Assembly (NCBI GenBank): GCA_039969355.1
Contig: JBDVOA010000008.1
Coordinates: 42,874 to 106,873 of the forward strand
Direction of reading: 5' to 3'
From: Paracoccaceae bacterium
GTDB taxonomy: Bacteria > Pseudomonadota > Alphaproteobacteria > Rhodobacterales > Rhodobacteraceae
Length of the DNA: 64,000 bases
Below are positions 7,630 to 17,046 of this stretch, in pieces. The position numbers and the translations under genes were made by a program. The notes beneath the pieces were generated by a model that saw only the letters and a program-made list of their open reading frames with translations, did not search any database and was not told the DNA's origin. Position 1 is the stretch's first letter; every line of letters starts with the position of its first letter.

Positions 7630-9360
7630 CTAACTCGCCAGACCAGCTTTACGCAGCCCATCCATGAAGAGCTCCAGAACGTCGTCTTGTATCTGGTTTA
7701 CCGCGTACCAATCGCGCGCCCGAGCGTCGAAGGACGGATCAAGACGCCGGCAGTTCTCGAGCGAGCGCTGCGCCTCTTTCACCCGTCCAAGCTGCGCATA
7801 TATCATGGCGCGCAAACCTTCGACGAATGCCAGGTCGGGTGTTCCCATGATTTCGGCGTGACGCAACGCTTCTTCGTAGTTGCCGACGCGGTAGTATTCC
7901 GCGGCGAGTACCCAGTTGTACCACGGAGGATAGACAGGGCTCTCGTCCATGGCGCGTTTGACGATTTCGGTTCCCTTCGCGTAGTCGCCAGATAGCCAAT
8001 GGCGATACCCAAGTTGCCACAGCGCTTCCTTGTTGTGGGGGTTCAGATCGACAGCAGTTTGGGCGGATTTCAGAGCATCGTCGATTGAACCGGAGATGAA
8101 CTGAGCGACCGATAGGGCCTGAAAACTGTACGGATCTTTCGGGTCGAGCCTGACAGCGGTCTCAGCCGCTTGCATCGCTCTGGCGACCGCGTTTGGCCTT
8201 GTATTATAGAACACGCGGGCTTCGTCGATGACTACGTATGCCAGCAAAGCCCATGCCCGGGCGTAATCCGGCTCTTGCGCGGTGGCCGTCTCGAGACACT
8301 CCCGAACCTTAAGGTGTTTGTTTTCCGAGAAGGTCTGGCGGTACTCGTACCCTGCCAGCACACATTTATAGGGACCCAAACCTGGGTCGTAACGTTCCCG
8401 CAATTCGATGCGAATGGTGTCAATCAGCACGCCATAGGGCTCTGCAAGTTTCCGTGAGACAGAAATCGAGATGCTGTCCTGTATGTCGAAAACACGCGCT
8501 GGCGCATAGTCGGCCTCGTACAGTTCTGACCAGATCTGACGTCCATCGTTGGCATCCCGCAGGGTCGCACGGATCCTGACTCGGTCTTCGACGATCCGCA
8601 CATTTCCTAAAAGCACGTAGTTTGCGACCTTCACGTGCAGCGGGTCTTCGGACGCACCGAGCGCGTCGACAAATCCGGCGGGCACTGAAAAAACATCGAT
8701 CTCCTTGAATTGGGAAATCACAGCAGCGACTTCCTGCGTGAGGCCCCGAGCGAGAGCGTCGGATTCCGGATTCGGCGCGAACGTCTCGAACGGCGCGACG
8801 AAGAGCGTCGATTGTCTGGTCGCCGCGCCGTTCTCGGACACGAACGCGCCAGGCCCCGATGTCTCCCCAAGACGACTGGACGTAAGGGCGCCGACAATTG
8901 CGCCCAGGACTACGGCGAAGACCAGAGCCAAGCCTACCTGCCAGTATTGAACGCGTAATATGCGCGACGGCTGCATTGCCTCTGTGCGAACCGGCTCAGG
9001 CGGATCGTCGTTTGGGCGTTCGCGGTGCCTGACCGTCGGCACGTAACTGCCCTTTGGAATCTCGAAGACAACATCGTCCTGTGCCCCGGCCTTGAGGTAA
9101 TAATGTTCAAGATCTCGCCTCAGCCGCCCAGCTTCGAGCCTCACCAAGGGGTCATTTTGCGGATCGAAGTCCTTGGAGCGCCCGTATACGTCGACACCGA
9201 CGGTGTACCCCTTGATGTTGGAGGCGCGGCCCTCGAGGGTTTCCTGAACCACGTATGTCAGGAATGCCTTCCGCTTGTCTGTGCCTCGGAAATCCGGGTT
9301 GGACAGTAAGGCCGAAAGGGCACTGTGAACGGTTTCCGGGTCTAAGTCTTCAGGTATCAT
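7630..9360 (-). CDS. Membrane-anchored TPR protein with N-terminal regulatory-type domain and TolB-N-like segment
   Basis: The 576-aa product has an N-terminal FLTYVVQETLEGR..IKGYTVGVDVYGR..FDPQNDPLVRLEAGRLRRDLEHYY motif, one TM helix, an LFVAPFETF..GLTQEV segment and C-terminal TPR repeats. Confidence 0.75.
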   Translation of the reverse strand: MIPEDLDPETVHSALSALLSNPDFRGTDKRKAFLTYVVQETLEGRASNIKGYTVGVDVYGRSKDFDPQNDPLVRLEAGRLRRDLEHYYLKAGAQDDVVFEIPKGSYVPTVRHRERPNDDPPEPVRTEAMQPSRILRVQYWQVGLALVFAVVLGAIVGALTSSRLGETSGPGAFVSENGAATRQSTLFVAPFETFAPNPESDALARGLTQEVAAVISQFKEIDVFSVPAGFVDALGASEDPLHVKVANYVLLGNVRIVEDRVRIRATLRDANDGRQIWSELYEADYAPARVFDIQDSISISVSRKLAEPYGVLIDTIRIELRERYDPGLGPYKCVLAGYEYRQTFSENKHLKVRECLETATAQEPDYARAWALLAYVVIDEARVFYNTRPNAVARAMQAAETAVRLDPKDPYSFQALSVAQFISGSIDDALKSAQTAVDLNPHNKEALWQLGYRHWLSGDYAKGTEIVKRAMDESPVYPPWYNWVLAAEYYRVGNYEEALRHAEIMGTPDLAFVEGLRAMIYAQLGRVKEAQRSLENCRRLDPSFDARARDWYAVNQIQDDVLELFMDGLRKAGLAS

Positions 9361-9676
9361 TTTTATGACCTAGCCCATTGGCATCGGAGGAAAAACCCCA
9401 AGGTTCTTCGGCTCCGATTGTGCAGTACGGTACGGTAAGTACCCTACCAAATCCAAGGACACGAGGGGAAGCTGATCAAAAGGGGGTTATTGGCACCGCG
9501 CAGCGTAGCGGATTCTGCGCGAAAGGCGGCATTTGGAACGTCCAAGACATCGGCACGATGTGACCAACTAGCTGATAGCTACGGACATAGATGCCAATGC
9601 ACACAGATTCGTCGTTTCACATGGGGAAGGTTGGTCAAATTCGAAATCCAAAATCAACAGTGAGGAAAACAAAAAA

Positions 9677-11212
9677 ATGAAGCGACTTCTAACACTGGTA
9701 TTAGCAATGGCGGCCTTGGGGGCGGCCAGTGCACAAGCGCAAGACAAACCCAATATTCTGGTGATCTGGGGGGACGACGTCGGGTTTTGGAACCTCAGCC
9801 ACATCAACCGTGGCATGATGCGTTATCGCACCCCAAATATCGACCGCATTGCCAACGAAGGCATTTGGTTCACTGACTATTACGGCGATCAGAGCTGCAC
9901 CGCGGGCCGGGCGAGCTTTATCACCGGGCAGCATCCGGTACGCACTGGCCTGACCAAGGTCGGCATGCCCGGCGCCGCGCAAGGCATTTCGGAACTCGAC
10001 CCGACCATTGCGGGGCTGCTGAAAAACCACGGATACATGACCGGTCAGTTTGGCAAGAACCACCTTGGGGATCGGGACGAACATCTGCCCACCAACCATG
10101 GCTTCGACGAGTTCTTCGGCAATCTTTACCACCTCAACATTGAGGAAGAGCCGGAACTGCCGGACTATCCTACAGGCGAGATGGCTGAAAAGATCCGCCC
10201 GCGCGGCGTGATCAAGTCCACCGCCGATGGCACGATTGAAGACTCCGGCCCGTTGACCAGCAAGCGGATGGAAACGGTAGACGAGGAATTCGTTGCCTCG
10301 AGTATTGACTTTATGAACCGCGCGCATGAGCAGGAAAAGCCGTTCTTCATCTGGTTTGCCGCCACGCGGATGCACGTTTACACACGCCTGAAACCCGAAA
10401 GCGAGAACGTCACCGGCGTTGGCCTCTATGCGGACGGCCTGGTGGAACATGACGGCCATGTCGGCCAGTTGCTGGATCACCTTGAAGAGCTTGGCATCGC
10501 CGACAACACCATCGTGATGTATTCGACCGACAACGGCGTCGAGAAGTTCACATGGCCGGATGGCGGCAACGCGCCGTTCTACAGCGAAAAGGGAACGACC
10601 TGGGAAGGTGGCGTGCGGGTACCCGCAGCCGTGCGCTGGCCGGGACAGATCCCAGCCGGTGAGGTCGTGAACGGCATCGTGTCTCATCAAGACTGGATGC
10701 CGACGCTGCTGGCCGCTGCCGGTGAGCCGGACGTCAAGGAGAAGCTGCTTGAAGGCCACACGGCGATGGGCCGTGACTACAATGTGCATCTGGATGGGTA
10801 CAACATGCTCGACTATTTCAAGTCGGGTGGCGAAGGCGACGGACCACGTGAGGAGTTCTACTACTTCACCGATGGCGGTGAGTTCTCGGCGGTCCGCCAT
10901 GGCGACGTCAAGGTTATGTTCACCAAGCAGGAAGCGCATGGTTTCGATATCTGGAAAAAGCCTTATACGCCGCTGCGCTGGCCGGAAATCATCAACCTGC
11001 GGGCCGATCCATTCGAATCCGCGCCGCATGATTCCATCGACTGGCCTGCCTGGGCTCTGCGTCGGATGTATGCCATCAGCGCTGGCGCTCTGGTTGCGAC
11101 GGACTTCGTCAAGACGTTTGTCGAGTACCCGCCGCGTCAGACGCCGGGATCGTTCAGCCTGGATGCGATTCTCGACAATCTGACAGAGGTGGTCGAGTCG
11201 GCGCCGAATTAA
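9677..11212 (+). CDS. Arylsulfatase (formylglycine-dependent sulfatase family), secreted
   Basis: A signal peptide is present. NILVIWGDDVG is followed by SCTAGRASFITG, which matches the C-x-A-x-R formylglycine motif. Confidence 0.9.
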   Translation: MKRLLTLVLAMAALGAASAQAQDKPNILVIWGDDVGFWNLSHINRGMMRYRTPNIDRIANEGIWFTDYYGDQSCTAGRASFITGQHPVRTGLTKVGMPGAAQGISELDPTIAGLLKNHGYMTGQFGKNHLGDRDEHLPTNHGFDEFFGNLYHLNIEEEPELPDYPTGEMAEKIRPRGVIKSTADGTIEDSGPLTSKRMETVDEEFVASSIDFMNRAHEQEKPFFIWFAATRMHVYTRLKPESENVTGVGLYADGLVEHDGHVGQLLDHLEELGIADNTIVMYSTDNGVEKFTWPDGGNAPFYSEKGTTWEGGVRVPAAVRWPGQIPAGEVVNGIVSHQDWMPTLLAAAGEPDVKEKLLEGHTAMGRDYNVHLDGYNMLDYFKSGGEGDGPREEFYYFTDGGEFSAVRHGDVKVMFTKQEAHGFDIWKKPYTPLRWPEIINLRADPFESAPHDSIDWPAWALRRMYAISAGALVATDFVKTFVEYPPRQTPGSFSLDAILDNLTEVVESAPN

Positions 11213-11488
11213 GGCAAAACGCGGCGCCCGGAAAGCGAGACGCACCGGCACCGGCACCTATGCGCAGGTAGCGGTCGGCTGCCTAGTCGAGGCGACCAGC
11301 AGCAATGTCCCGCATTGCTGTCGCTGGTGCAGGCTGCAGCGAATGACCGCATTGAGCCCAAAGTGAAGGATGCTGCATGAGTGATAAATGTCGGCTTCTT
11401 GGAGGACACCAGTTTCGTGTTGCGGGCATCTGACGCCCGCAGAGACGCACCATTCTTAGTGCAAACATGGAATGGAAATTGGCAAGTT

Positions 11489-12409
11489 TCAAAGATTAGG
11501 CATCTCGATGGACGTACTTGATTTGGCTAATATTGCTGCATGAGACTTGAGTACATCAACAAATTGGCAACAGGCGTCGGTGGGTGTGGCATTCATAGGG
11601 AAAAGTAGTCCGAAAGACATCCAGCGTTCGGGCGTAATGGGTATGGCCCGAATGCGCCTTTGATCCACATTTGCCGCGACAAGCTCATCTGCAATTGTCA
11701 CCCCGCCTCCGTCAGCAACCAATGCACACGCTAGCGAAGATGAAGCCACTTCACATTGCTGTCTCGGTACTACACCCGCAGATCGGAACATATCGTCAAG
11801 CTGGTCGCGTAGTAACAAACCGTGCATCAGGCGAATGATTGGTACATCTACTAGCTCATCTACCGACAGATCTTTGGCATTCGCCAAAGCGTGATCGGCG
11901 GGAACGATAGCTTGCGCCTTAACTCTCAACAAAAGCTCTGTGCGAATGTCGGGGTGATCGACAGGCAAAGCGCCAATACCAATGTCGTATTCGCGACCGG
12001 CAAGCCATTTCCCGGCCTCACGACGCGCACGCACATCGAGGCTTATTGAGGTATCTGGATTGCGTCTTACAAACTTGCCAACGGCGGGGGAGGCTAAAGC
12101 ACGCGCAACGCGTGGCATGGCAACAATGCGAAGGCTCTCAGTCCTACCAGCGCGGATTTCGGCGGCAATGTTTGGAATTTCATCGAGATTATCCAGAATG
12201 CGACCTGCTTCGCGGTAAAACGCCAATCCTTCTGGCGTCGGAGTTAAGTTACGCCCACTTCGATCAAACAAATCCAGACGCAGCTCACCCTCAAGTCCTG
12301 AAATTAATCGGCTCACTGCAGGCTGAGATAAATGGAGAACATGACCTGCGGCCGCGAGCGACCCTTCCGATAAGGTAGCTCTAAATGCACGGAGTGATTT
12401 AATGTTCAT
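11489..12409 (-). CDS. LysR-family transcriptional regulator
   Basis: The N-terminal HTH (LRAFRATLSEGSLAAAGHVLHLSQPAVSRLI) and the 306-aa length fit the family. The gene is divergent from the tctCBA cluster. Confidence 0.9.
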   Translation of the reverse strand: MNIKSLRAFRATLSEGSLAAAGHVLHLSQPAVSRLISGLEGELRLDLFDRSGRNLTPTPEGLAFYREAGRILDNLDEIPNIAAEIRAGRTESLRIVAMPRVARALASPAVGKFVRRNPDTSISLDVRARREAGKWLAGREYDIGIGALPVDHPDIRTELLLRVKAQAIVPADHALANAKDLSVDELVDVPIIRLMHGLLLRDQLDDMFRSAGVVPRQQCEVASSSLACALVADGGGVTIADELVAANVDQRRIRAIPITPERWMSFGLLFPMNATPTDACCQFVDVLKSHAAILAKSSTSIEMPNL

Positions 12410-12424
12410 TGCTACCAGCCTTTA

Positions 12425-12472
12425 TTTGCCTTTTTTGCAAGCAAACTAAACATCTTTGCATTTTTGGCAAAC
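12425..12472. promoter_or_regulatory. Dyad-symmetric region in the LysR/tctC divergent promoter
   Basis: tttgcc..ggcaaa and tgcaag..ctttgca arms lie in atttgccttttttgcaagcaaactaaacatctttgcatttttggcaaac. This is a plausible LysR-type site. Confidence 0.3.
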
Positions 12473-12519
12473 ATAAACATCTGCTAACACGGGGCATCAA
12501 TCGTTTTTGGGAGAACAAA

Positions 12520-13479
12520 ATGAAACGGAGATCACTCATTTCTGCCGCACTGGCGGGTATCGCTGTCATTGCAACAGCAACAGCCAGCTTCGCAGATGAT
12601 TGGCCAAAACGGCCCATCAATCTTGTCGTGCCATACAAGGCAGGTGGCGGCACCGACGCCTATGCGCGCGCAATTTCTGCGGCAGCATCTGACGTGCTCG
12701 ATGTACCAGTTGTAGTCGTGAACAAACCAGGTTCAGGTGGACTGAACGGGGCAAACTCGGTTCTTGGCGCACGCCCTGACGGGTACACAATGATGATGAC
12801 GTCTGCGGGGTCATTTCTTCTTTCGACCATGACACGTGATACGGACATCGACGCGTTGGAGTCCTTTGAATTTGTGGCACAGATTGGTCAATTGCGGACA
12901 TCGCTGATGGTTCCGAAGGACAGCCCGTTTCAAACCGTGCAAGATGTGATCGACGCTGCCAAAGCAGACCCAGGGTCGCTTCGTTGGGCGCATTCAGGGC
13001 GCGGGGGCTTCCATCACGTAGGTGGTCTTGGGTTCCTTGCAGAAAATGGCCTCGACGCGCAAGACGTGCCATTCAAAGGGGGGGGGCCGACACGCGCTGC
13101 TTTGATCGGATCGCAAGCAGATTTCGGCTTCTTGGGCGTGCAGCAACTTGCGGGCTTTGAAGACAACTTGCGTGCATTGGCAGTTAACAGTTCTGAGCGC
13201 GACAGCATCATGACAGAAGTTGCGTCATTTGGTGAGTTGGATATTTCATTTGCCGATGTTTCATCGCCTGTCATCGTGTTTGCCCCAAAGGGTACTCCTG
13301 CCGAAGTTATCGCCGCAATGGAAGCTGCGTTGGCCGAGATTGCAGCGAAACCGGAATTTGCTGAGCTGCTTGCTGAACGCGGAACTGGACCTGTTTATGC
13401 AAATGGTGCCGATGCAAAGGCTGCACTTGCAGCCATGAAAACTGATGCAGAACCGTTGGTCGCCACTCTGGCAAACTAA
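12520..13479 (+). CDS. tctC: Tripartite tricarboxylate transporter substrate-binding protein (TctC/Bug family)
   Basis: I chose the internal ATG at 12520, which has a GGGAGA RBS. A signal peptide is followed by DDWPKRPINLVVPYKAGGGTDAYAR. Confidence 0.9.
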   Translation: MKRRSLISAALAGIAVIATATASFADDWPKRPINLVVPYKAGGGTDAYARAISAAASDVLDVPVVVVNKPGSGGLNGANSVLGARPDGYTMMMTSAGSFLLSTMTRDTDIDALESFEFVAQIGQLRTSLMVPKDSPFQTVQDVIDAAKADPGSLRWAHSGRGGFHHVGGLGFLAENGLDAQDVPFKGGGPTRAALIGSQADFGFLGVQQLAGFEDNLRALAVNSSERDSIMTEVASFGELDISFADVSSPVIVFAPKGTPAEVIAAMEAALAEIAAKPEFAELLAERGTGPVYANGADAKAALAAMKTDAEPLVATLAN

Positions 13480-13535
13480 GACAATTGGGCCGCCAAAAGA
13501 TCGGCGGCCCATCTTACCATTCAGGGGAGGATTGG

Positions 13536-14009
13536 ATGATGCGTACTATGTCAGAGGGTGTCGCCCTCTTAGCCATTAGCCTTTTCGCGATCATCGGCGT
13601 GTGGAATGTACCTGCGGCCAGTGACAACGAAACATGGGCTGGAGTTGTGCCTTTTGGGGCTGGCCTCGGGTTGCTCATCATTTCTGGAATGATGATCTTT
13701 GGCGCTTTCAGAAACGCATCAGACGATCAGGAAAATACGTCTGCTGAAGCTTCCGTCACGCTTGAAGTGCTGACCCTCTTTGCAATTGCATTGCTTTACC
13801 AGCAATCAATGCGTTGGTTCGGGTACGTGCTGCCAACTGCCATTGCCGCTCCCGTGGTGCTTTACATTTTTGGGGTCCGCAACTGGATTGGGTTGGCAAT
13901 ATCCGTCGTTGTTTGCCCTCTCATTTATCACGTCATTTTCTTTGAGCTTCTGGGGGTTTTTCCGCCTTTCGGAGAAGTCTTCGACTTGCTTGATACGATC
14001 AAAGGATAA
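13536..14009 (+). CDS. tctB: TctB-family small membrane subunit
   Basis: A GGGGAGG RBS lies 5 nt upstream of the ATG. The product is a four-TM small protein encoded between tctC and tctA. Confidence 0.75.
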   Translation: MMRTMSEGVALLAISLFAIIGVWNVPAASDNETWAGVVPFGAGLGLLIISGMMIFGAFRNASDDQENTSAEASVTLEVLTLFAIALLYQQSMRWFGYVLPTAIAAPVVLYIFGVRNWIGLAISVVVCPLIYHVIFFELLGVFPPFGEVFDLLDTIKG

Positions 14010-14014
14010 CTGAC

Positions 14015-15532
14015 ATGGAAATCTTCCCCGCACTGCTTTCTGTCGTAACAGATCCGATGTTGTTGTTTGCAATCGTGCTGGCCGCAGCCGTAGGTATGAT
14101 CGTCGGCGCAATCCCAGGTCTGACTGCCTCGGCCGCAATCGCCATGCTTCTGCCCATCACATTTTATATGGAACCTCTCTTTGCACTCGCATTTCTGTAT
14201 GTAATCGGAAAATCGGGTAGGTATGGTGGATCTATCGCGGCCATCCTGTTCAACACTCCTGGCACCGCCGCCTCCGCCGCAACTCAGCTGGACGGATACC
14301 CGTTGGCGAAGTCTGGTAAGGCAGGCAAAGCCATGAAGGTTGCAACAATTTCTTCCGTGATCGGTGACTTCATGGGTGACATACTCTTGGTGATCGGCGT
14401 CGGATTCATAGCGGCACTTGCTCTCAAACTCGGTCCACCAGAGACGTTTGCGATCTACTTTGCCGCCTTTGTTGTCATTGGCTCGGTAATCGGCAAGTCC
14501 ATCTTGAAAGGTTTGGCATCGGCGTTCATTGGCATCCTCGTGGCAATGGTCGGGTTAGATCCAATTTCTAGCCAAGAACGTTACACCTTTGGCTCATTTG
14601 ACCTCTCAAATGGCATCGGACTTGTCCCATTGATGATCGGTGTCTTCGTTTTGGGAGAAGTTTTTGCTCAACTGGAGGAACGGAAAAGCAGCAAAGAGGC
14701 GGATGTTGAAACCAATGATAGCGAAGGTGACGACAACAATCTCAGCTGGGCGGAATACAAACCATGTCTTCCACATGCACTTCGCGGCGGTTTTATCGGG
14801 GCGTTCATTGGTGTTTTGCCGGGACTTGGCTCGGCAATTGCAGCTTTCATATCTTACGGCGAAGGCAAGCGTCGCGCTCATAACCCAGAAAAATGGGGAA
14901 AAGGTGCGCTGGAAGGGGTGGCGGCTCCTGAAGCTGCAAACAACGCTGTATCTGGACCATCAATGGCTCCGCTTTTGACCCTCGGCATCCCAGGCTCCAC
15001 CATCGGTGCGATCTTGTTGGGCGTTTTTCTGATCCATGGCATACAGGTTGGGCCGACGTTGTTTCTGACCGACAAGGAACTGGTTTATCGCCTGTTTGCC
15101 TGTGGAATGTTCGGCATCGCCGCCTACGGGTTGATCGGATATTATGGCGCAACTCAGGTCGCGCGATTGATCCTGAAAATTCCAACAAATGTTCTCTATC
15201 CGCTGATCTTTTTGACATCATTTGTCGCGGCTTATTCTGCACGCGGTTCCATGTTCGATGTCACCGTAATGACCATTGCCGGGTTCGTAGGATGGTTGAT
15301 GCGCAAATACGAGTTCAATATTGCGGCTTTCGTGATTTCTTTTGTCTTGGCCAAAGGCGCAGAAGAAACTTTCCGTCAGTCAATGTTGATGTCCGATGGT
15401 GGCGCGTTAGTCTTTGTTGAACGTCCGATTGCAGCACTCTTCCTTGCCATTGGGATTGCAGCAATGGCCTTTCGGGTGCGCTCCATTCTACGCGAACAGA
15501 AAATCACCAAAGGAGGGCTGGGTGATGCTTGA
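14015..15532 (+). CDS. tctA: TctA-family large permease
   Basis: The 505-aa polytopic membrane protein has a typical TctA N-terminus (..GMIVGAIPGLTASAAIAMLLPITF..). Confidence 0.9.
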   Translation: MEIFPALLSVVTDPMLLFAIVLAAAVGMIVGAIPGLTASAAIAMLLPITFYMEPLFALAFLYVIGKSGRYGGSIAAILFNTPGTAASAATQLDGYPLAKSGKAGKAMKVATISSVIGDFMGDILLVIGVGFIAALALKLGPPETFAIYFAAFVVIGSVIGKSILKGLASAFIGILVAMVGLDPISSQERYTFGSFDLSNGIGLVPLMIGVFVLGEVFAQLEERKSSKEADVETNDSEGDDNNLSWAEYKPCLPHALRGGFIGAFIGVLPGLGSAIAAFISYGEGKRRAHNPEKWGKGALEGVAAPEAANNAVSGPSMAPLLTLGIPGSTIGAILLGVFLIHGIQVGPTLFLTDKELVYRLFACGMFGIAAYGLIGYYGATQVARLILKIPTNVLYPLIFLTSFVAAYSARGSMFDVTVMTIAGFVGWLMRKYEFNIAAFVISFVLAKGAEETFRQSMLMSDGGALVFVERPIAALFLAIGIAAMAFRVRSILREQKITKGGLGDA

Positions 15533-16607
15533 TTGGCACCTGATGAAAGACAGCTATTCAAGTATCGAGATGCGTCGCATCTGGTCCGAGTCCTCTACCA
15601 TCTCGGCGTGGATCAAGGTTGAACAAGCCCTAGCACACGTACAGGCACTGGCAGGGCTCATACCAAATGAAGCTGCTGCTGCTCTAGAGACTTTCACTGT
15701 CGGAAATTTGGATCAAGATCGTTTGCGCACCAGTTTGGGATTGGTCGGACGACCCATTGTTGGGCTGGTTGAACAGATGCGTGAGAATGTCGGTGATGAA
15801 CACGCGCCATATGTACACTACAAAAGCACAACACAGGATATTCTGGATACGGCGTTGGCGATGCAAATGAAGCTGGGGTTGTCGGCGGTTGCCGACGACA
15901 CAAACAAGCTGATTACCTCTCTGGCGAGTCATATCGACGCTCATCCAACAACAAGAGTCATAGGCCGAACCAACGGTCAACATGCCGTGCCGATGCTGCT
16001 AAAAACCAAACTGGAAGTATGGCGCGCAGAACTAACGCGGCGCATAGCCGTCGTGAAAGAAGCTGGTATTCGCGGATCATTGGTACAAGTCGGTGGGCCA
16101 TTGGGTGATTTGTCCAACTACGACGATCAGGGAAATGTGGTCAAAGCGGGTATGGCGAAGGCGCTTGATCTTGGGAGTGTCGATCCTCACTGGCAAAATG
16201 CGCGAGACGGGGTAGCAGATATTGTCTGCGCACTTGGAGCGCTGTGCGCCACGCTTTGTAAGATCGCTTACAACATCAATTTGTTGTCATCGAGCGACAT
16301 TAGCGAGATCCACGAATGCCACGAAAACGGAAAGGGAGCGTCCTCATCAATGCACCACAAGAGGAACCAGCGGGCGAGCGAATTTGCCGAAGCGGTTGCA
16401 AGGCTGGGACGGCAACGGTCCGAACAGATAGGCGAGCTCACATTACACCAGCACGAACGCTCTGGTGGTGTATGGGTTGCCGAATGGTTGGTGGTACCCG
16501 AGGTCTTTTTGCTAACGTCAGGCGCTTTGGCATGGTCGAACAAGATGCTTGCTGATCTGACGGTTGACACGGATCGGATGGAACAGAAACTAACTCTTCC
16601 GAGTTAG
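15525..16607 (+). CDS. Fumarase/adenylosuccinate-lyase superfamily protein (3-carboxy-cis,cis-muconate cycloisomerase-like), C-terminally short
   Basis: An AGGAGGG RBS precedes the start, which overlaps the tctA stop. The signature GASSSMHHKRNQ matches SSxMPxKxN. The protein ends about 60-80 aa earlier than usual (see finding). Confidence 0.75.
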   Translation: MLDWHLMKDSYSSIEMRRIWSESSTISAWIKVEQALAHVQALAGLIPNEAAAALETFTVGNLDQDRLRTSLGLVGRPIVGLVEQMRENVGDEHAPYVHYKSTTQDILDTALAMQMKLGLSAVADDTNKLITSLASHIDAHPTTRVIGRTNGQHAVPMLLKTKLEVWRAELTRRIAVVKEAGIRGSLVQVGGPLGDLSNYDDQGNVVKAGMAKALDLGSVDPHWQNARDGVADIVCALGALCATLCKIAYNINLLSSSDISEIHECHENGKGASSSMHHKRNQRASEFAEAVARLGRQRSEQIGELTLHQHERSGGVWVAEWLVVPEVFLLTSGALAWSNKMLADLTVDTDRMEQKLTLPS

Positions 16608-16785
16608 CGGCACTGATCCAGATTATTTTTGCCCTCTCAGACGAAACTACACACTCGGCCGCTTTTGGCATCATGGCCATCTACTTCAACAACATTTCTT
16701 TGGCTCCGCTGTTGCCTGATACATCTAACGCCCAAAAAGTTGTGAACATCCTTACCTGCCCATTGAAAGAAGAGTAACAATCAAA

Positions 16786-17046
16786 ATGAATGCGCGCACC
16801 CTGAATTACATCACCTTTGTCGCACTTATGGCTTCAACCACGCTTGGATACCAATTTCTGTGGGGGTTATTATTTTTGTATTGGACAATTCCGAACTTCT
16901 ACTCGGGGCATGCTTTCCTGTTGTCTGACGTTACCCGTGGCGAAGACCCCGTCTTGTTTTGGGCGGTCCAAATTGCATGGGTTGTTCTTGGAGCGTTGCT
17001 TGTAGTGATCGACTTTTTCCCGCAGATCTTAGGGGATGCCAGATGA
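16786..17046 (+). CDS. Small two-TM membrane protein, hypothetical
   Basis: The 86-aa product has two hydrophobic helices. Its stop overlaps the Rieske gene start (ATGA). Confidence 0.55.
   Translation: MNARTLNYITFVALMASTTLGYQFLWGLLFLYWTIPNFYSGHAFLLSDVTRGEDPVLFWAVQIAWVVLGALLVVIDFFPQILGDAR

Noticed and set aside
9701-11257. 518-aa minus-strand ORF covering the whole sulfatase locus
   Set aside because: It is the antisense shadow of a plus-strand CDS with unmistakable sulfatase motifs. Its Arg/Pro/His-rich composition is typical of spurious antisense ORFs in GC-rich DNA.
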